DNA of 64,000 bases, taken from positions 1,664,001-1,728,000 of the forward strand of contig JAXHLW010000013.1 of assembly GCA_034521815.1 (NCBI GenBank). Reading direction: 5' to 3'. Under the pieces are notes generated by a model. It was not told where the DNA came from. It made no database searches and saw nothing but the letters and a program-made list of their open reading frames with translations. Position numbers and translations under genes: made by a program. The DNA comes from Trueperaceae bacterium (GTDB lineage Bacteria; Deinococcota; Deinococci; Deinococcales; Trueperaceae). Below, piece after piece: positions 8,998 to 20,678 of the stretch (position 1 is the first letter of the stretch; every line of letters starts with the position of its first letter).

Positions 8998-11571
8998 ATG
9001 GCTTTGTACGATCGCCAAGACGAGCTGCCCATCCCCCCCAAGGGCACCGAGAAGCGCAACACCGTCTGCCAGTACTGCAACGTCGGCTGCGGCTACGAGG
9101 TCTACACCTGGCCGGTCGGCACCGTAGGCGGAAAAGCCCCGAGCGACAACGCCTTCGGAATCGACCTGAGCGCGCCGCAACCGCCGCTCCAAGGGCTGGC
9201 CTATACCGAGTCGATGCACTCGGTGGTCACCAACCGAGACGGTCGCCGCTACCACGTGGTCATCGTGCCGACCAAGGACTCGGCGATCAACCTCCAGGGC
9301 GACCACTCGAGCCGTGGCGGTTCGAACGCCCAGACGCTCTTCTCCGAATCTCGCGGCACCCAGGAACGCCTCAAGTATCCGCTCTTGCGCGTCGGCGACG
9401 ACTTCCACGCGATCACCTGGGACGAGGCGTTGCGTCTGCTTGGACGGGTCATCAAAGGCGTGCACGGCAGGTACGGCCCCGACGAGCTGACCGCCAAGGC
9501 GGCCGATCACGGCGGCGCGAACGGCGGCTTCGCGAACATCTACGCCGTCGGGCGTCTCTTCTTCACCGGTCTCGGCATGAAGTACGTCGCGATGCACAAC
9601 CGTCCGGCGTACAACTCGGAGGTGTGGGGCAGCCGTGACCGGGGCGTGCACGAGCTCCACTACACCGCCGAGGACGCGCGACTCTGCGACACGCTGGTGC
9701 TCTGGGGCGCGAACAGCTACGAAACCTCTACCGTCTTCTACACCGAGCACATGCAGCCGAACTTCCAGGGCGGAACGCAGTCCGAGAAGCGAGAGGTCTT
9801 CGACGATGGCGAGCCGGTCATCCCGACACGCCTCGTGGTGGTCGACCCGCGCCGAACCTCGACGCTGACGATCCTGGAGGCGATCGACCCGTCTCGCACG
9901 CTGCACCTTCGCCCCAACCTGGGGACGGACTACGTGCTCGCCAACGCCGTCGCTCGCGTGATCTGGGAGCGGGGCTGGCAAGACCAGGAGATGATCGATA
10001 CCCGCACCGACGCGGCGACGTTCGAGGACTACCAGGAGAAGAGCCTGCAGCTGGGCAAGCCGCTGGACGAGCTTCTCGGCGAAGCGGAAGAGATCACGGG
10101 CGTCCCGCGCGCCCAGATCGAGCAGGCGGCCGAGTGGATCGCCGCGCCGAAAGAGGGCGGCTTCAGAAACCGCACGCTGAACATCTACGAAAAAGGGATG
10201 ATCTGGAACTACAAGAACTACGACACCATCGCCGCCCTGGTCCAGATGGAGGTGTTGGCGGGCAATATCGGGCGACCCGGTACGGGCTGCGGACGACAAG
10301 GCGGGCATCAGGAGAGCTACGTGCGTCCCCCGTACCCCGGCGGGCGTCCGCCCCCCAACGTGGACAAGTACCTCTTGGACGGGAACGGCAAGTTCTACTG
10401 GGTGATCGCCAACAACCCGTACCTGTCGACCCCGAACAACCAGCTGTTCCGCAAGCGCATCCACGAGCGCACCCTGGCGTTGACGAGCTTCCTGTCGATC
10501 CTGGACGAATCCGCTGGCGAGCCCAGCAGCATGGACGAGCTGGCCGATCGCGTCCTGCAAGGCGTCGAGCAGACCGGCGGGCTGTTCATGGTGGTGCAAG
10601 ACATCTACCAGACCGAAGTCGCCCGTGACGCGCATCTGGTTCTTCCGGCGGCCTGCTGGGGCGAGATCGACATGACCTCGGTCAACTGCAACAGCCGTTT
10701 GCTCAGGCTCTACGAGAAGTTCATGGATCCGCCCGGCGAAGCCATCGCCGACTGGGACATCATGGCCCGCACCGGGCGTCAGCTCGCCGAGCTGTACGAG
10801 GCCGAGGGCGACGGCGAGTCCGCCCAACGGTTCGCCGGGATGGAGTGGCAGAGCGACGAGGACGTGTTCTTGGCAGGGGGCCAGGAGTTCGAGAGCAACG
10901 AGGTTCCCGCCGACATGGAGGCGTCGCTTCACCCGTTCAACTACAAGGGCGTGGACTACGCCATGCTCCGCGAGTTGGGGCAGCAGGGGATTCAGACGCC
11001 CATCCGTCGAGACCCCCAGTCGGGCGAGCTGGTCGGGACCAAGCGCCGCTACACCGAGCGGTTCGGTACCGAGTCGGGACTGTTCGAGTGGTACGGCACC
11101 GACGCCTGGCCGGGCTTTCCCGCCGAGGTGCAGAAGTACCTGGAGGGAGACAAGGCCGAACGCTACCCCTTCTGGATGACGACCGGGCGCAACCAGACCA
11201 TCTGGCAGAGCGCGTATCACCAGCGCCACAACCCCGAAAAGATGTTGACCGTGCCGCTTCCCTACGTCGAGCTCCACCCGGACGACGCGGACCGGCTGAG
11301 CATCGAGAGCGGCGACATGGTGAGCCTCTTCAACGAAGAGGGCAACGGCACGTTCGTCGCGTACGTCACCGAGGCGGCTAGGCCCGGCATGGTGTTCGCG
11401 ATCCAGTACCACCCTGGTGGTACGTCGAACGGCATGGTCTCGCCCTACACCGACCCGAAGACGACGATCCCCTGGTACAAAGGGGCCCGCGTCGCCGTTC
11501 GGCGGCTCGAAGGGACCATCGGCAGCGTGAAGCGCACGACCAGCTTCCGCTCGCAGATCGACTTCTCGTAA
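8998..11571 (+). CDS. aioA: Arsenite oxidase large molybdopterin subunit
   Basis: CQYCNVGCGY [3Fe-4S] motif with the distal Ser (HSSRGG), DHGGANGG, HNRPAYNSEV, YEKGMIW, RQGGHQE and IPWYKG; resembles Thermus/Chloroflexus AioA. Confidence 0.93.
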   Translation: MALYDRQDELPIPPKGTEKRNTVCQYCNVGCGYEVYTWPVGTVGGKAPSDNAFGIDLSAPQPPLQGLAYTESMHSVVTNRDGRRYHVVIVPTKDSAINLQGDHSSRGGSNAQTLFSESRGTQERLKYPLLRVGDDFHAITWDEALRLLGRVIKGVHGRYGPDELTAKAADHGGANGGFANIYAVGRLFFTGLGMKYVAMHNRPAYNSEVWGSRDRGVHELHYTAEDARLCDTLVLWGANSYETSTVFYTEHMQPNFQGGTQSEKREVFDDGEPVIPTRLVVVDPRRTSTLTILEAIDPSRTLHLRPNLGTDYVLANAVARVIWERGWQDQEMIDTRTDAATFEDYQEKSLQLGKPLDELLGEAEEITGVPRAQIEQAAEWIAAPKEGGFRNRTLNIYEKGMIWNYKNYDTIAALVQMEVLAGNIGRPGTGCGRQGGHQESYVRPPYPGGRPPPNVDKYLLDGNGKFYWVIANNPYLSTPNNQLFRKRIHERTLALTSFLSILDESAGEPSSMDELADRVLQGVEQTGGLFMVVQDIYQTEVARDAHLVLPAACWGEIDMTSVNCNSRLLRLYEKFMDPPGEAIADWDIMARTGRQLAELYEAEGDGESAQRFAGMEWQSDEDVFLAGGQEFESNEVPADMEASLHPFNYKGVDYAMLRELGQQGIQTPIRRDPQSGELVGTKRRYTERFGTESGLFEWYGTDAWPGFPAEVQKYLEGDKAERYPFWMTTGRNQTIWQSAYHQRHNPEKMLTVPLPYVELHPDDADRLSIESGDMVSLFNEEGNGTFVAYVTEAARPGMVFAIQYHPGGTSNGMVSPYTDPKTTIPWYKGARVAVRRLEGTIGSVKRTTSFRSQIDFS

Positions 11572-11628
11572 CGAGCACCGAGACGCTCGTGGGCGGGCCG
11601 TTCAGGCCGCGACCCGCTGGTGCCGTCG

Positions 11629-12847
11629 TCACGTTGCGTTCCCGTCGCGGTCGCTCGCGCCACGGCTGAGCGCGTGCCGTACGTGAGGCTCCGCCACGCC
11701 CACTCCGCAGGCCCGAACCGGAATCGCTGGAGCCACCAGCGAGCGGCCACGACCTGGGTGGCGAACAGGCCCAGCGCGATCGGAAGGCCCACGGAGGGGC
11801 CGACGCGGCCGTAGAGGCCGAGCCCGTAGCCGTCGAACAGGAGCGTCATGACGATCGACTGGCTCAGGGTAGACCGTGGACGCGCCATCCGGCCTGCGGC
11901 CGCGAGCGCGCGCTCCAGCCCGACCGCCCAGCTCGGCCGCCCACGCGGCGCCCGTGGAACGCCAACGTGGCGAGGCCGAGGTACGCCGAAGCCCCAGGAC
12001 GGGTCCGCCGAGCGAGGTCGACAGCACCAGCCGGAACGTCTCCCCCTCCCCCAGCAGTCGCGAGGCGTAGATCGCCTTGAGCGCGAGGCCGACGGGGAGC
12101 GCCACCGCGACGCCCCTGCGCCATGCGCGCCGCACGTCCTCCGAGGCGCCGCGGCGCGCTCGAACGCACGGCTCTTGGCCAGCGCCGCGCCCGATCAGGA
12201 AAGGCCCAGCGCCGAGGAAGATACGCGACGGCGGACGCCACGACGTCCACTCCCTGCTCCAGCCGCGCCCCGAGGATCTCTCCGAACCCACCGTTCTGGT
12301 AGAGCTCCACCCACGGGTGTGGGCTGGAGGATGCCGGATCACCGCCGGAGGTCGCGCCGAGGAAGAGCAGGACGCCCACCACCCACGAGCCTGCGCCCGC
12401 TAGCGCCAAGCCGCGGGCCCGCACGGTCGCGAAGGGGAGCAGCACGAACCCGATCAGCGCGTACTGCGTCAGGATGTCACCGACCCAGACGCCGAACAGG
12501 TGCACCGCGCCGATGACGAGGAGCCAGCCGAGCCGCCGGGCGAATCGCGGCGTGGCGTCGTCGCCCCGGTCGCCGGATCCAGCGTCCGAAGCCCCAGCCG
12601 AACAAGACGCTGAAGATGGTGTAGAACGCGCCCTCGGCGAGGACGAGGACGCCCCACTCGAGCCAGCGATCCGCGCCCGACCACCACGTCAGCGGTTCGG
12701 CGTACAGGAACGACGGTCCGCTGAACGCCAGAAGGTTGACGACGAGGATCCCGAACAGCGCGATGCCCGAAGCGCGTCGACGTGCGTGAGCCGGTCGCGG
12801 CCGCGTACGGGGCGGCCTGGCGTCGTCGCCGTGGTCGGCGGAGTCAC
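11629..12847 (-). pseudogene. DUF418 protein, copy 2, multiply frameshifted (real decay or sequencing error)
   Basis: Fragments identical to copy 1 are spread over several frames. Confidence 0.75.
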
Positions 12848-12993
12848 CGGAGCAGCGTAGCGTCGCATCCATGGGCGCGCTCGTGTCGCGCCGCCGGACG
12901 TCGAGATCCAGCTTCGCGGAGAGACGGTGTGGAGGGGCGGCTCCCGAGCGTTGGCCGCGTGTTGCCAGGCGTGGGGCGATCCTAAACTGGGTC

Positions 12994-15900
12994 ATGGATC
13001 CGTACGTGGTACTGCTCGGCACTCCTTCGATCGAGCGCCACGGGAAGCGCATCGAGCTGCCGCCGGGCAAGCTCTCGGCGCTCCTCCTGTACCCTCGCCT
13101 ACGGGACGGGGTGGGCGAGCCGCGACGAGGTGCTCTACCTCCTCTACCCCGACATGGACGAGCGCCGGGCGCGGGGCAACCTGCGGCCCCTCCTCACCCG
13201 GCTGCGGCGCCTGCCCTACGCCGAAGGGCTCGAGATCGAGCCGACGCGGCTACGGTGGAAGGTCCCGACGCGGACGTCGCCGCGTTACCGCGAGGCGCTG
13301 CGCCGTGATGCGCTGGCGCATGCCGTGGAGCCTACGGAGGCGAGCTGTTGGCGGCGGATTCCACGTCCCCAAGGCACCGGAGATACGAGAGCTGGCTGAC
13401 GTTCGAGCGGACGGATCTGCGGGAGGCGTGGCGCCGGGCGTCGCTCGACGTCGCCGCCCGGCTCGAAGCGGACGGACGCGCCGAGGAGGCCGCCGGCGTC
13501 CTGGACCGGTTGCAGAAGGACGATCCGCTCGACGAGGAGGTGGTCCGACGGTCACTGGTGGCGTTGGCTCGTGCGGACCGGCCGAACGACGCGGTGCGCG
13601 CGTACGGAGCCTTCGAGGTCCGTCTGCGACGGGAGGTGGACGGGGAGCCCCGAGGAGGCGACGCGCGCGATCGTGCAAGAGATCCGGAGCGGCGGGACGC
13701 CCGGAGGACCGGCCGGCCGCGCGGGCGGCGCCACGCCGGCCGCCCGCGGTCCTACCCACGCCGCCGACCGAGTTCATCGGAAGGAGCGGGAGGTGGCCGA
13801 GATCGAGCGGACGGCTGCGCGATCCAGCCTGCCGCTTGCTGCGATCGTCGCCGCCGGCGGGATGGGCGAGACCCGAGTGGCGGCCGAGGTGGCGCGCCGA
13901 CTCGCGGACGACCATCGCGACGGCGTCTTCTTCGTGGCCCTCGAGGCGGCGAGATCGGCCGGGCAAGCCGTGACCGCCGTCGCCGACGCCATGGCGCTAG
14001 CGTTCTTCGGGCCGCGCACCCCGCTCGACCAGCTTCTCGACCACCTCGCGGACAAGCGCGTGCTCGTCGTGCTGGACAACTTCGAGCACCTCCTCGACGA
14101 CCCCGAGGGCACGGAGCTGGTGACGGGCCTGCTGGCGCGCGGCCCGGGCGCGAGCGTGCTGACCACCTCGCGCGAGCGCCTGAACCTGCGGGCCGAGTGG
14201 GTTCACGACCTCGACCCCATGGAGCTCCCTGGGAACGAAGACGCGCAGCGCGACGCCGACGCGGTCGTTCTCTTCCTGCAGTCGGCGCTGCGAGCGGGCG
14301 TGGACGCCGAGCCGGACCTTCGCGACGTCGTCCGGGTGTGTCGTCTCACGGGCGGCATGCCGCTCGCCCTGGAGCTGGCGGCGAGCTGGCTGCGCGGCCC
14401 TCACCGTCGCGGAGATCGCCGAGGAGCTCGGCGGCGGCATCGGCCTGCTCGCGGCGCCCCTGCGCGACCTGCCCGAGCGGCACCACAGCCTGCACAGCAT
14501 GTTCGACGCGTCCTGGCGACGACTCTCGGAGCGGGAGAGAGGGGCCCTGAGGCGGCTGGCGACGTTCCACGGGGGATTCCGACGGGAGGCGGCGCAGGCC
14601 GTGGCGGACGTGAGCCTGCCGCTCCTGCTCACGCTGGCCAACCGGTCGTTCCTGCGACGGGACGGGACCGGCCGGTTCACGCAGCACCCTCTCATGTGGC
14701 AGTACCTCCGAGCCGCGGCTCGGGAGGACGAGGCGACCCGCGACACGGCCGCCCGGCACGCCGCCTACTACGCCGGCTTCCTGCATGAGCGCGAGGCGGG
14801 CCTGCGCGGCCTCGAAGCACGACGAGTACGTGACGAGATCGGCAGCGAGCTGCCGAACGTGCGCGCCGCCTGGGCGTGGGGGATCGCCGCGGAGCGGGAG
14901 GACCTCCTCGACCTGGCGGCGGAGGGCTCTACATCTACTGCAACGACGAGGGTCGCTATCACGAGTCCGAAGCCCTCTTCGCGGCGGGGGTCGACGCCGT
15001 CGGCGCCGCCGGGCGAGTGGCCGGGGACGGCTCCGCCTCTTCCTGGGGGCGCCCACAATTTCCTCGCACGCTCGGACCTCGTGATTCCTGGGCTCGAGAA
15101 GGCCTCGGCCGTGCTCGCGAGCGCGGGCGCGAAACGCGACGAAGCCATGGCGCACATTCTCCTGTGGTCCGGCTACTGGATGGCGGACCGCCCGTTCGAG
15201 CATGGCCGCGTCCGCCGCCCGGCGGGCCCTGCGGCTCTTCGCCGAGGCGGGCGACCGGGCGGGCGAGGCGGAGGTGATCGGTCTGCTGGCCGAATACACC
15301 GAGGATCCGGTCGCCGCGGAGGAGGAGTTCCGGGCCAGCCTGCGCGGGTTCGAGGCGTCCGGGGCGTGCTTCGCCGTCCTGGGCGGCGTCACCTTGGCCC
15401 TGAGCAACTACGCGCTCTTCCTCGGCCAGGTCCACGGCGCGTACGGCCGCGCTCACGCACTGCTCGACGAAGCCATCCGCGTGGCACGACTCCGCGCGGA
15501 GCCCTACAGCGTCGCCTGGTACCTCAACAACCAGGCGCACACGCTGATCGAAGCGGGATCCTGGGACGAGGCGGCGCGACGGCTCCTCGAGGCGCGCACC
15601 GCCGCCGAAGGGCTCGCCTCCGGCTGGGGAACCTGGACGCTCGTCGACGCGTTGTACGGATCGGGGCGGATCGCGCTGCTACGCGGCGAGCACGCCGACG
15701 CGAGGCGCCAGTTTGACCCGCGCGCAGGAGCGGATCACGACGCACGGGGATCCGTTGGGAACGGAGGCCAGATTCGCGTCGCTCTGGCAGATCTCGCGCT
15801 CGCGGAGGGTCGTCCCGACGAGGCCGAGGAGCGCGGCGAGGAGGCGCTGAGACACTTCCTCACGCTCGGGCTCCAGAGCGGCATCCGCGAGTGGGGCAAG

Positions 15901-16252
15901 GCGGACTGCCTCGTCCGGCTCGGCTCGGTCGGCCTCGCGCAGAAGCATGCGTCCGCCGCGGCCGAGCGCTTCGACGCTGCGCTCGCGATCGTCGAGCGCT
16001 GGCACCTGCTGCCCCTCGCGCTGCAGCTCGCCGTGGCGGTCGCCCCGTTCCTCCGCCGCGGCTGACCGGGCCACCGAGCACGAGCACCTCCTGCACCTCG
16101 CAGCGGCCTGTCCCGCCAGCACCCGCGAGACGCGGGAGGCCGCGGCGCGCGCGCTGGGGCGACCCACCGTGGCTGCAGGGCCGGACGAGCCCGCCCTTCT
16201 CGGTCCCCTCGTCGCGGAGCTTCGCGAGGTCGTGCGGGCGATGCGACGGTGA
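12994..16252 (+). pseudogene. SARP-STAND-TPR regulator, copy 2, multiply frameshifted, Walker A K->E
   Basis: Pieces of the 5055-8303 protein in all three frames; GGMGET instead of GGMGKT (position 13868). Confidence 0.75.
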
Positions 16253-16447
16253 GGCCGGCCTGCTCGCCCGGATCGTTCCCGACGTAGCGCCGAGCACCCT
16301 AGACAGTCCTCGACGTGCCTGAACCGTTGGCCTTACCACCCGCGCGATTTTCCGAACCTTCGGGGGTCGAGTATGCTACCGTTCGGTCAAGCATCAATGC
16401 ATATCTCTAGCGTACTTGCAACGGGTCGAGATGCGTGAGGAGGAGCT

Positions 16448-16936
16448 ATGAAGGTGATCAGTCGTCGCAGCGTCTTGAAGGCTGGGGTCGCAGGTGCCGT
16501 TTTCGTGGCGCTGGGCCCCTCCTTCGCCCAGGAGTATCCCGAAGACTATCCGCTGACGGTCATCGGCAACGCCAACGATCTGGACGTCGGGCAGGCGGTC
16601 TACTTCACGTATCCCGACGGGCAGTCGCAGGGCATCTTGGTCAAGCTCGGCCAGGAGGCGCTCGCGGGGGTCGGTCCGGAGCGCGACATCGTCGCCTACT
16701 CTGCCGCGTGCACCCACATGGGCTGCGGCGTGCAGTTCAAACAAGGGCGCTTCGTCTGCCCCTGCCACAACTCGATGTTCGATCCGGCCGTGAACGGCCA
16801 GGTCTATCAGGGGCTGGCCACGACGTACCTGCCTCAGATCGGCCTCGCGCTCGACGAGGGAACCGGTGATCTTTCGGCGGCGTTCGTCGAAGGGGTCATC
16901 TGGGGCCGCGTCGACAACGTGCTTCCCCAGGATTAA
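16448..16936 (+). CDS. aioB: Arsenite oxidase small subunit, copy 2 (intact, E->D change)
   Basis: Identical to copy 1 except DLEVG->DLDVG. Confidence 0.9.
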   Translation: MKVISRRSVLKAGVAGAVFVALGPSFAQEYPEDYPLTVIGNANDLDVGQAVYFTYPDGQSQGILVKLGQEALAGVGPERDIVAYSAACTHMGCGVQFKQGRFVCPCHNSMFDPAVNGQVYQGLATTYLPQIGLALDEGTGDLSAAFVEGVIWGRVDNVLPQD

Positions 16937-16947
16937 GGAGCGCTGCG

Positions 16948-19521
16948 ATGGCTTTGTACGATCGTCGAAGACGAGCTGCCCATCCCCCCAAGGGCACCGA
17001 GAAGCGCAACACCGTCTGCCAGTACTGCAACGTCGGCTGCGGCTACGAGGTCTACACCTGGCCGGTCGGCACCGTAGGCGGAAAAGCCCCGAGCGACAAC
17101 GCCTTCGGAATCGACCTGAGCGCGCCGCAACCGCCGCTCCAAGGGCTGGCCTATACCGAGTCGATGCACTCGGTGGTCACCGAACCGAGACGGCCGCCGC
17201 TACCACGTGGTCATCGTGCCGACCAAGGACTCGGCGATCAACCTCCAGGGCGACCACTCGAGCCGTGGCGGTTCGAACGCCCAGACGCTCTTCTCCGAAT
17301 CTCGCGGCACCCAGGAACGCCTCAAGTATCCGCTCTTGCGCGTCGGCGACGACTTCCACGCGATCACCTGGGACGAGGCGTTGCGTCTGCTTGGACGGGT
17401 CATCAAAGGCGTGCACGGCAGGTACGGCCCCGACGAGCTGACCGCCAAGGCGGCCGATCACGGCGGCGCGAACGGCGGCTTCGCGAACATCTACGCCGTC
17501 GGGCGTCTCTTCTTCACCGGTCTCGGCATGAAGTACGTCGCGATGCACAACCGTCCGGCGTACAACTCGGAGGTATGGGGCAGCCGTGACCGGGGCGTGC
17601 ACGAGCTCCACTACACCGCCGAGGACGCGCGACTCTGCGACACGCTGGTGCTCTGGGGCGCGAACAGCTACGAAACCTCTACCGTCTTCTACACCGAGCA
17701 CATGCAGCCGAACTTCCAGGGCGGAACGCAGTCTCAGAAGAGAGAGGCCTTCGACGAGGGCGAGCCGGTCATCCCGACACGCCTCGTGGTGGTCGACCCG
17801 CGCCGCACCTCGACGCTGACGATCCTGGAGGCGATCGACCCGTCTCGCACGCTGCACCTGCGCCCCAACCTGGGGACGGACTACGTGCTCGCCAACGCCG
17901 TCGCTCGCGTGATATGGGAGCGGGGCTGGCAAGACCAGGAGATGATCGATACCCGCACCGACGCGGCGACGTTCGAGGACTACCAGGAGAAGAGCCTGCA
18001 GCTGGGCAAGCCGCTGGACGAGCTTCTCGGCGAAGCGGAAGAGATCACGGGCGTCCCGCGCGCCCAGATCGAGCAGGCGGCCGAGTGGATCGCCGCGCCG
18101 AAAGAGGGCGGCTTCAGAAACCGCACGCTGAACATCTACGAAAAAGGGATGATCTGGAACTACAAGAACTACGACACCATCGCCGCCCTGGTCCAGATGG
18201 AGGTGTTGGCGGGCAACATCGGGCGACCCGGTACGGGCTGCGGACGACAAGGCGGGCATCAGGAGAGCTACGTGCGTCCCCCGTACCCCGGCCAGCGTCC
18301 GCCCCCCAACGTGGACAAGTACCTCTTGGACGGGAACGGCAAGTTCTACTGGGTGATCGCCAACAACCCGTACCTGTCGACCCCGAACAACCAGCTGTTC
18401 CGCAAGCGCATCCACGAGCGCACCCTGGCGTTGACGAGCTTCCTGTCGATCCTGGACGAATCCGCTGGCGAGCCCAGCAGCATGGACGAGCTGGCCGATC
18501 GCGTCCTGCAAGGCGTCGAGCAGACCGGCGGGCTGTTCATGGTGGTGCAAGACATCTACCAGACCGAAGTCGCCCGTGACGCGCATCTGGTTCTTCCGGC
18601 GGCCTGCTGGGGCGAGATCGACATGACCTCGGTCAACTGCAACAGCCGTTTGCTCAGGCTCTACGAGAAGTTCATGGATCCGCCCGGCGAAGCCATCGCC
18701 GACTGGGACATCATGGCCCGCACCGGGCGTCAGCTCGCCGAGCTGTACGAGGCCGAGGGCGACGGCGAGTCCGCCCAACGGTTCGCCGGGATGGAGTGGC
18801 AGAGCGACGAGGACGTGTTCTTGGCAGGGGGCCAGGAGTTCGAGAGCAACGAGGTTCCCGCCGACATGGAGGCGTCGCTTCACCCGTTCAACTACAAGGG
18901 CGTGGACTACGCCATGCTCCGCGAGTTGGGCAGCAGGGGATTCAGACGCCCATCCGTCGAGACCCCCAGTCGGGCGAGCTGGTAGGGACCAAGCGACGCT
19001 ACACCGAGCGGTTCGGTACCGAGTCGGGACTGTTCGAGTGGTACGGTACCGACGCGTGGCCGGGCTTTCCCGCCGAGGTGCAGAAGTACCTGGAGGGAGA
19101 CAAGGCCGAACGCTACCCCTTCTGGATGACGACCGGGCGCAACCAGACCATCTGGCAGAGCGCGTATCACCAGCGCCACATCCCCGAAAAGATGTTGACC
19201 GTGCCGCTTCCCTACGTCGAGCTCCACCCGGACGACGCGGACCGGCTGAGTATCGAGAGCGGCGACATGGTGAGCCTCTTCAACGAAGAGGGCAACGGCA
19301 CGTTCGTGGCGTACGTCACCGAGGCGGCTAGACCCGGCATGGTGTTCGCGATCCAGTATCACCCTGGTGGTACGTCGAACGGCATGGTCTCGCCCTACAC
19401 CGACCCGAAGACGACGATCCCCTGGTACAAAGGGGCCCGCGTCGCCGTTCGGCGGCTCGAAGGGACCATCGGCAGCGTGAAGCGTACGACCAGCTTCCGC
19501 TCGCAGATCGACTTCTCGTAA
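16948..19521 (+). pseudogene. aioA: Arsenite oxidase large subunit, copy 2, broken by single-base indels (~16965, ~16988, ~17182, ~18930)
   Basis: Same 2574-nt span as copy 1, split over three ORFs. Two of the indels fall in homopolymers, so the gene may be intact in vivo. Confidence 0.75.
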
Positions 19522-19631
19522 CGAGCACCGAGACGCTCGTGGCGGGCCGTTCAGGCTCGCCCACGTCCCGTCCGGGTCGGATGACGGACCGGACCGGGAG
19601 CGCGTCCGGCCCGGTGGTATCGTCGCGGATC

Positions 19632-19860
19632 ATGTTCTTGGGCATGGATCTGGGTACGTCGGGGGTGAAGTGGTCGCCGTGGACCAAGGCGGCGGCATCG
19701 TCGCACGCGCCTCGGCCTCGTATCCGCTGGACGCGCCGCGTCCCGGTTGGGCCGAGCAGCATCCCGAGCGCTGGTGGACGGCGACGGTCGAGGCCGTCCA
19801 GCACCTCGCGGGCAATCTCGACGTCCGTGACGTCGAACCGATCGGATTCTCGGGCCACTG
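19632..19860 (+). pseudogene. Xylulokinase/FGGY kinase N-terminal fragment
   Basis: MFLGMDLGTSGVK..YPLDAPRPGWAEQHPERWW..IGFSG, truncated after about 75 codons by the convergent ABC gene. Confidence 0.75.
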
Positions 19861-19881
19861 CCGGAGCGGTCGCCGTGCTCG

Positions 19882-20670
19882 TCAGGCGACGGCGTAGCGC
19901 CGAGGCACGTCCTGGTCCTGCTCGATGACCCACTCCATCACCGCGGCTCGTCGCTGTTCGAGATCGGCATCCGTGTTCAGGCCCTGATCTCGGTCGCCGA
20001 CGATACGCCCGTCGATCATGTAGAGCAGCCGCTCGGTGCGGGCGGCGACCTTGGCGTCGTGGGTGACCAGCATCACCGTCGTGCCCTCGGCGTTGAGATC
20101 GCCGATGATGTCCATCACCTCGTTCGCCGCCGTCGAGTCCTCCAGCGCCCCCGTCGGCTCGTCGCAGAACAGGATCTTGGGCCGGTTGATCAGCGCTCGG
20201 CAGATCCCGATCCGCTGCAGCTGGCCACCCGACGCCTCGGTGACGTCCCGCTCCGCGAGCTCGACGACGCCCGTGCGTTCCATGAGGGCCAGTGCCCGCT
20301 CCGTCGAGGCTCCTCACGAGGGGCCAGTCCGGCGAGGGTACGCCGGGAGCACGACGTTGTCGAGCAGGCAGAGGTTCTTCAGCAGGTGGACGTGTTGGAA
20401 GACGAACCCCATGGTGGTGAGCCGTAGCCGCGCCAGCCGTTTCTGATCGAGGGCCGTCAGGTCCTGCCCCGCGAACGAGACGGTGCCCGCGCTGGGTCCG
20501 TCCATGCCGCTGATGGTGTAGAGAAGCGTCGACTTCCCCGATCCCGAGGGTCCCATGACCGAGACGAACTCGCCCTCTCGGACATGAAGGTCGACGCCGT
20601 GGAGGACGGTGTTCCCGTCGAACGTCTTCGTCAGTCCGCGCGCGTCCAAGATGACTTTCGCTGTCGTCAT
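19882..20670 (-). CDS. ABC exporter ATP-binding protein (LolD/MacB-like), frameshifted ~20310
   Basis: GPSGSGKST, SGGQLQR, LFCDEPTGAL and LVTHD. Confidence 0.85.
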
Positions 20671-20678
20671 GGCAGCCC

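Larger units (their letters stand above)
3681..11606. repeat. Tandem duplication unit, copy 1 (~7.9 kb: DUF418, SARP-STAND regulator, aioB, aioA); intact
   Basis: Near-identical to 11607-19556; junction near 11600-11625. Confidence 0.9.
11607..19556. repeat. Tandem duplication unit, copy 2; many indels and substitutions
   Basis: Colinear with 3681-11606; ends at the same ...CGTTCAGGC sequence. Confidence 0.9.

Noticed and set aside
8498-11571. Iodate reductase (IdrAB) or anaerobic arsenite oxidase ArxA instead of AioBA
   Set aside because: Gene order is Rieske then large subunit, no idrP-type cytochrome c peroxidases are adjacent, and canonical AioA motifs (HNRPAYNSE, GGHQE) are present. 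A phylogeny would confirm.
11590-11630. IS element or att site at the duplication junction
   Set aside because: No transposase, integrase, terminal inverted repeats or tRNA; only weak microhomology.
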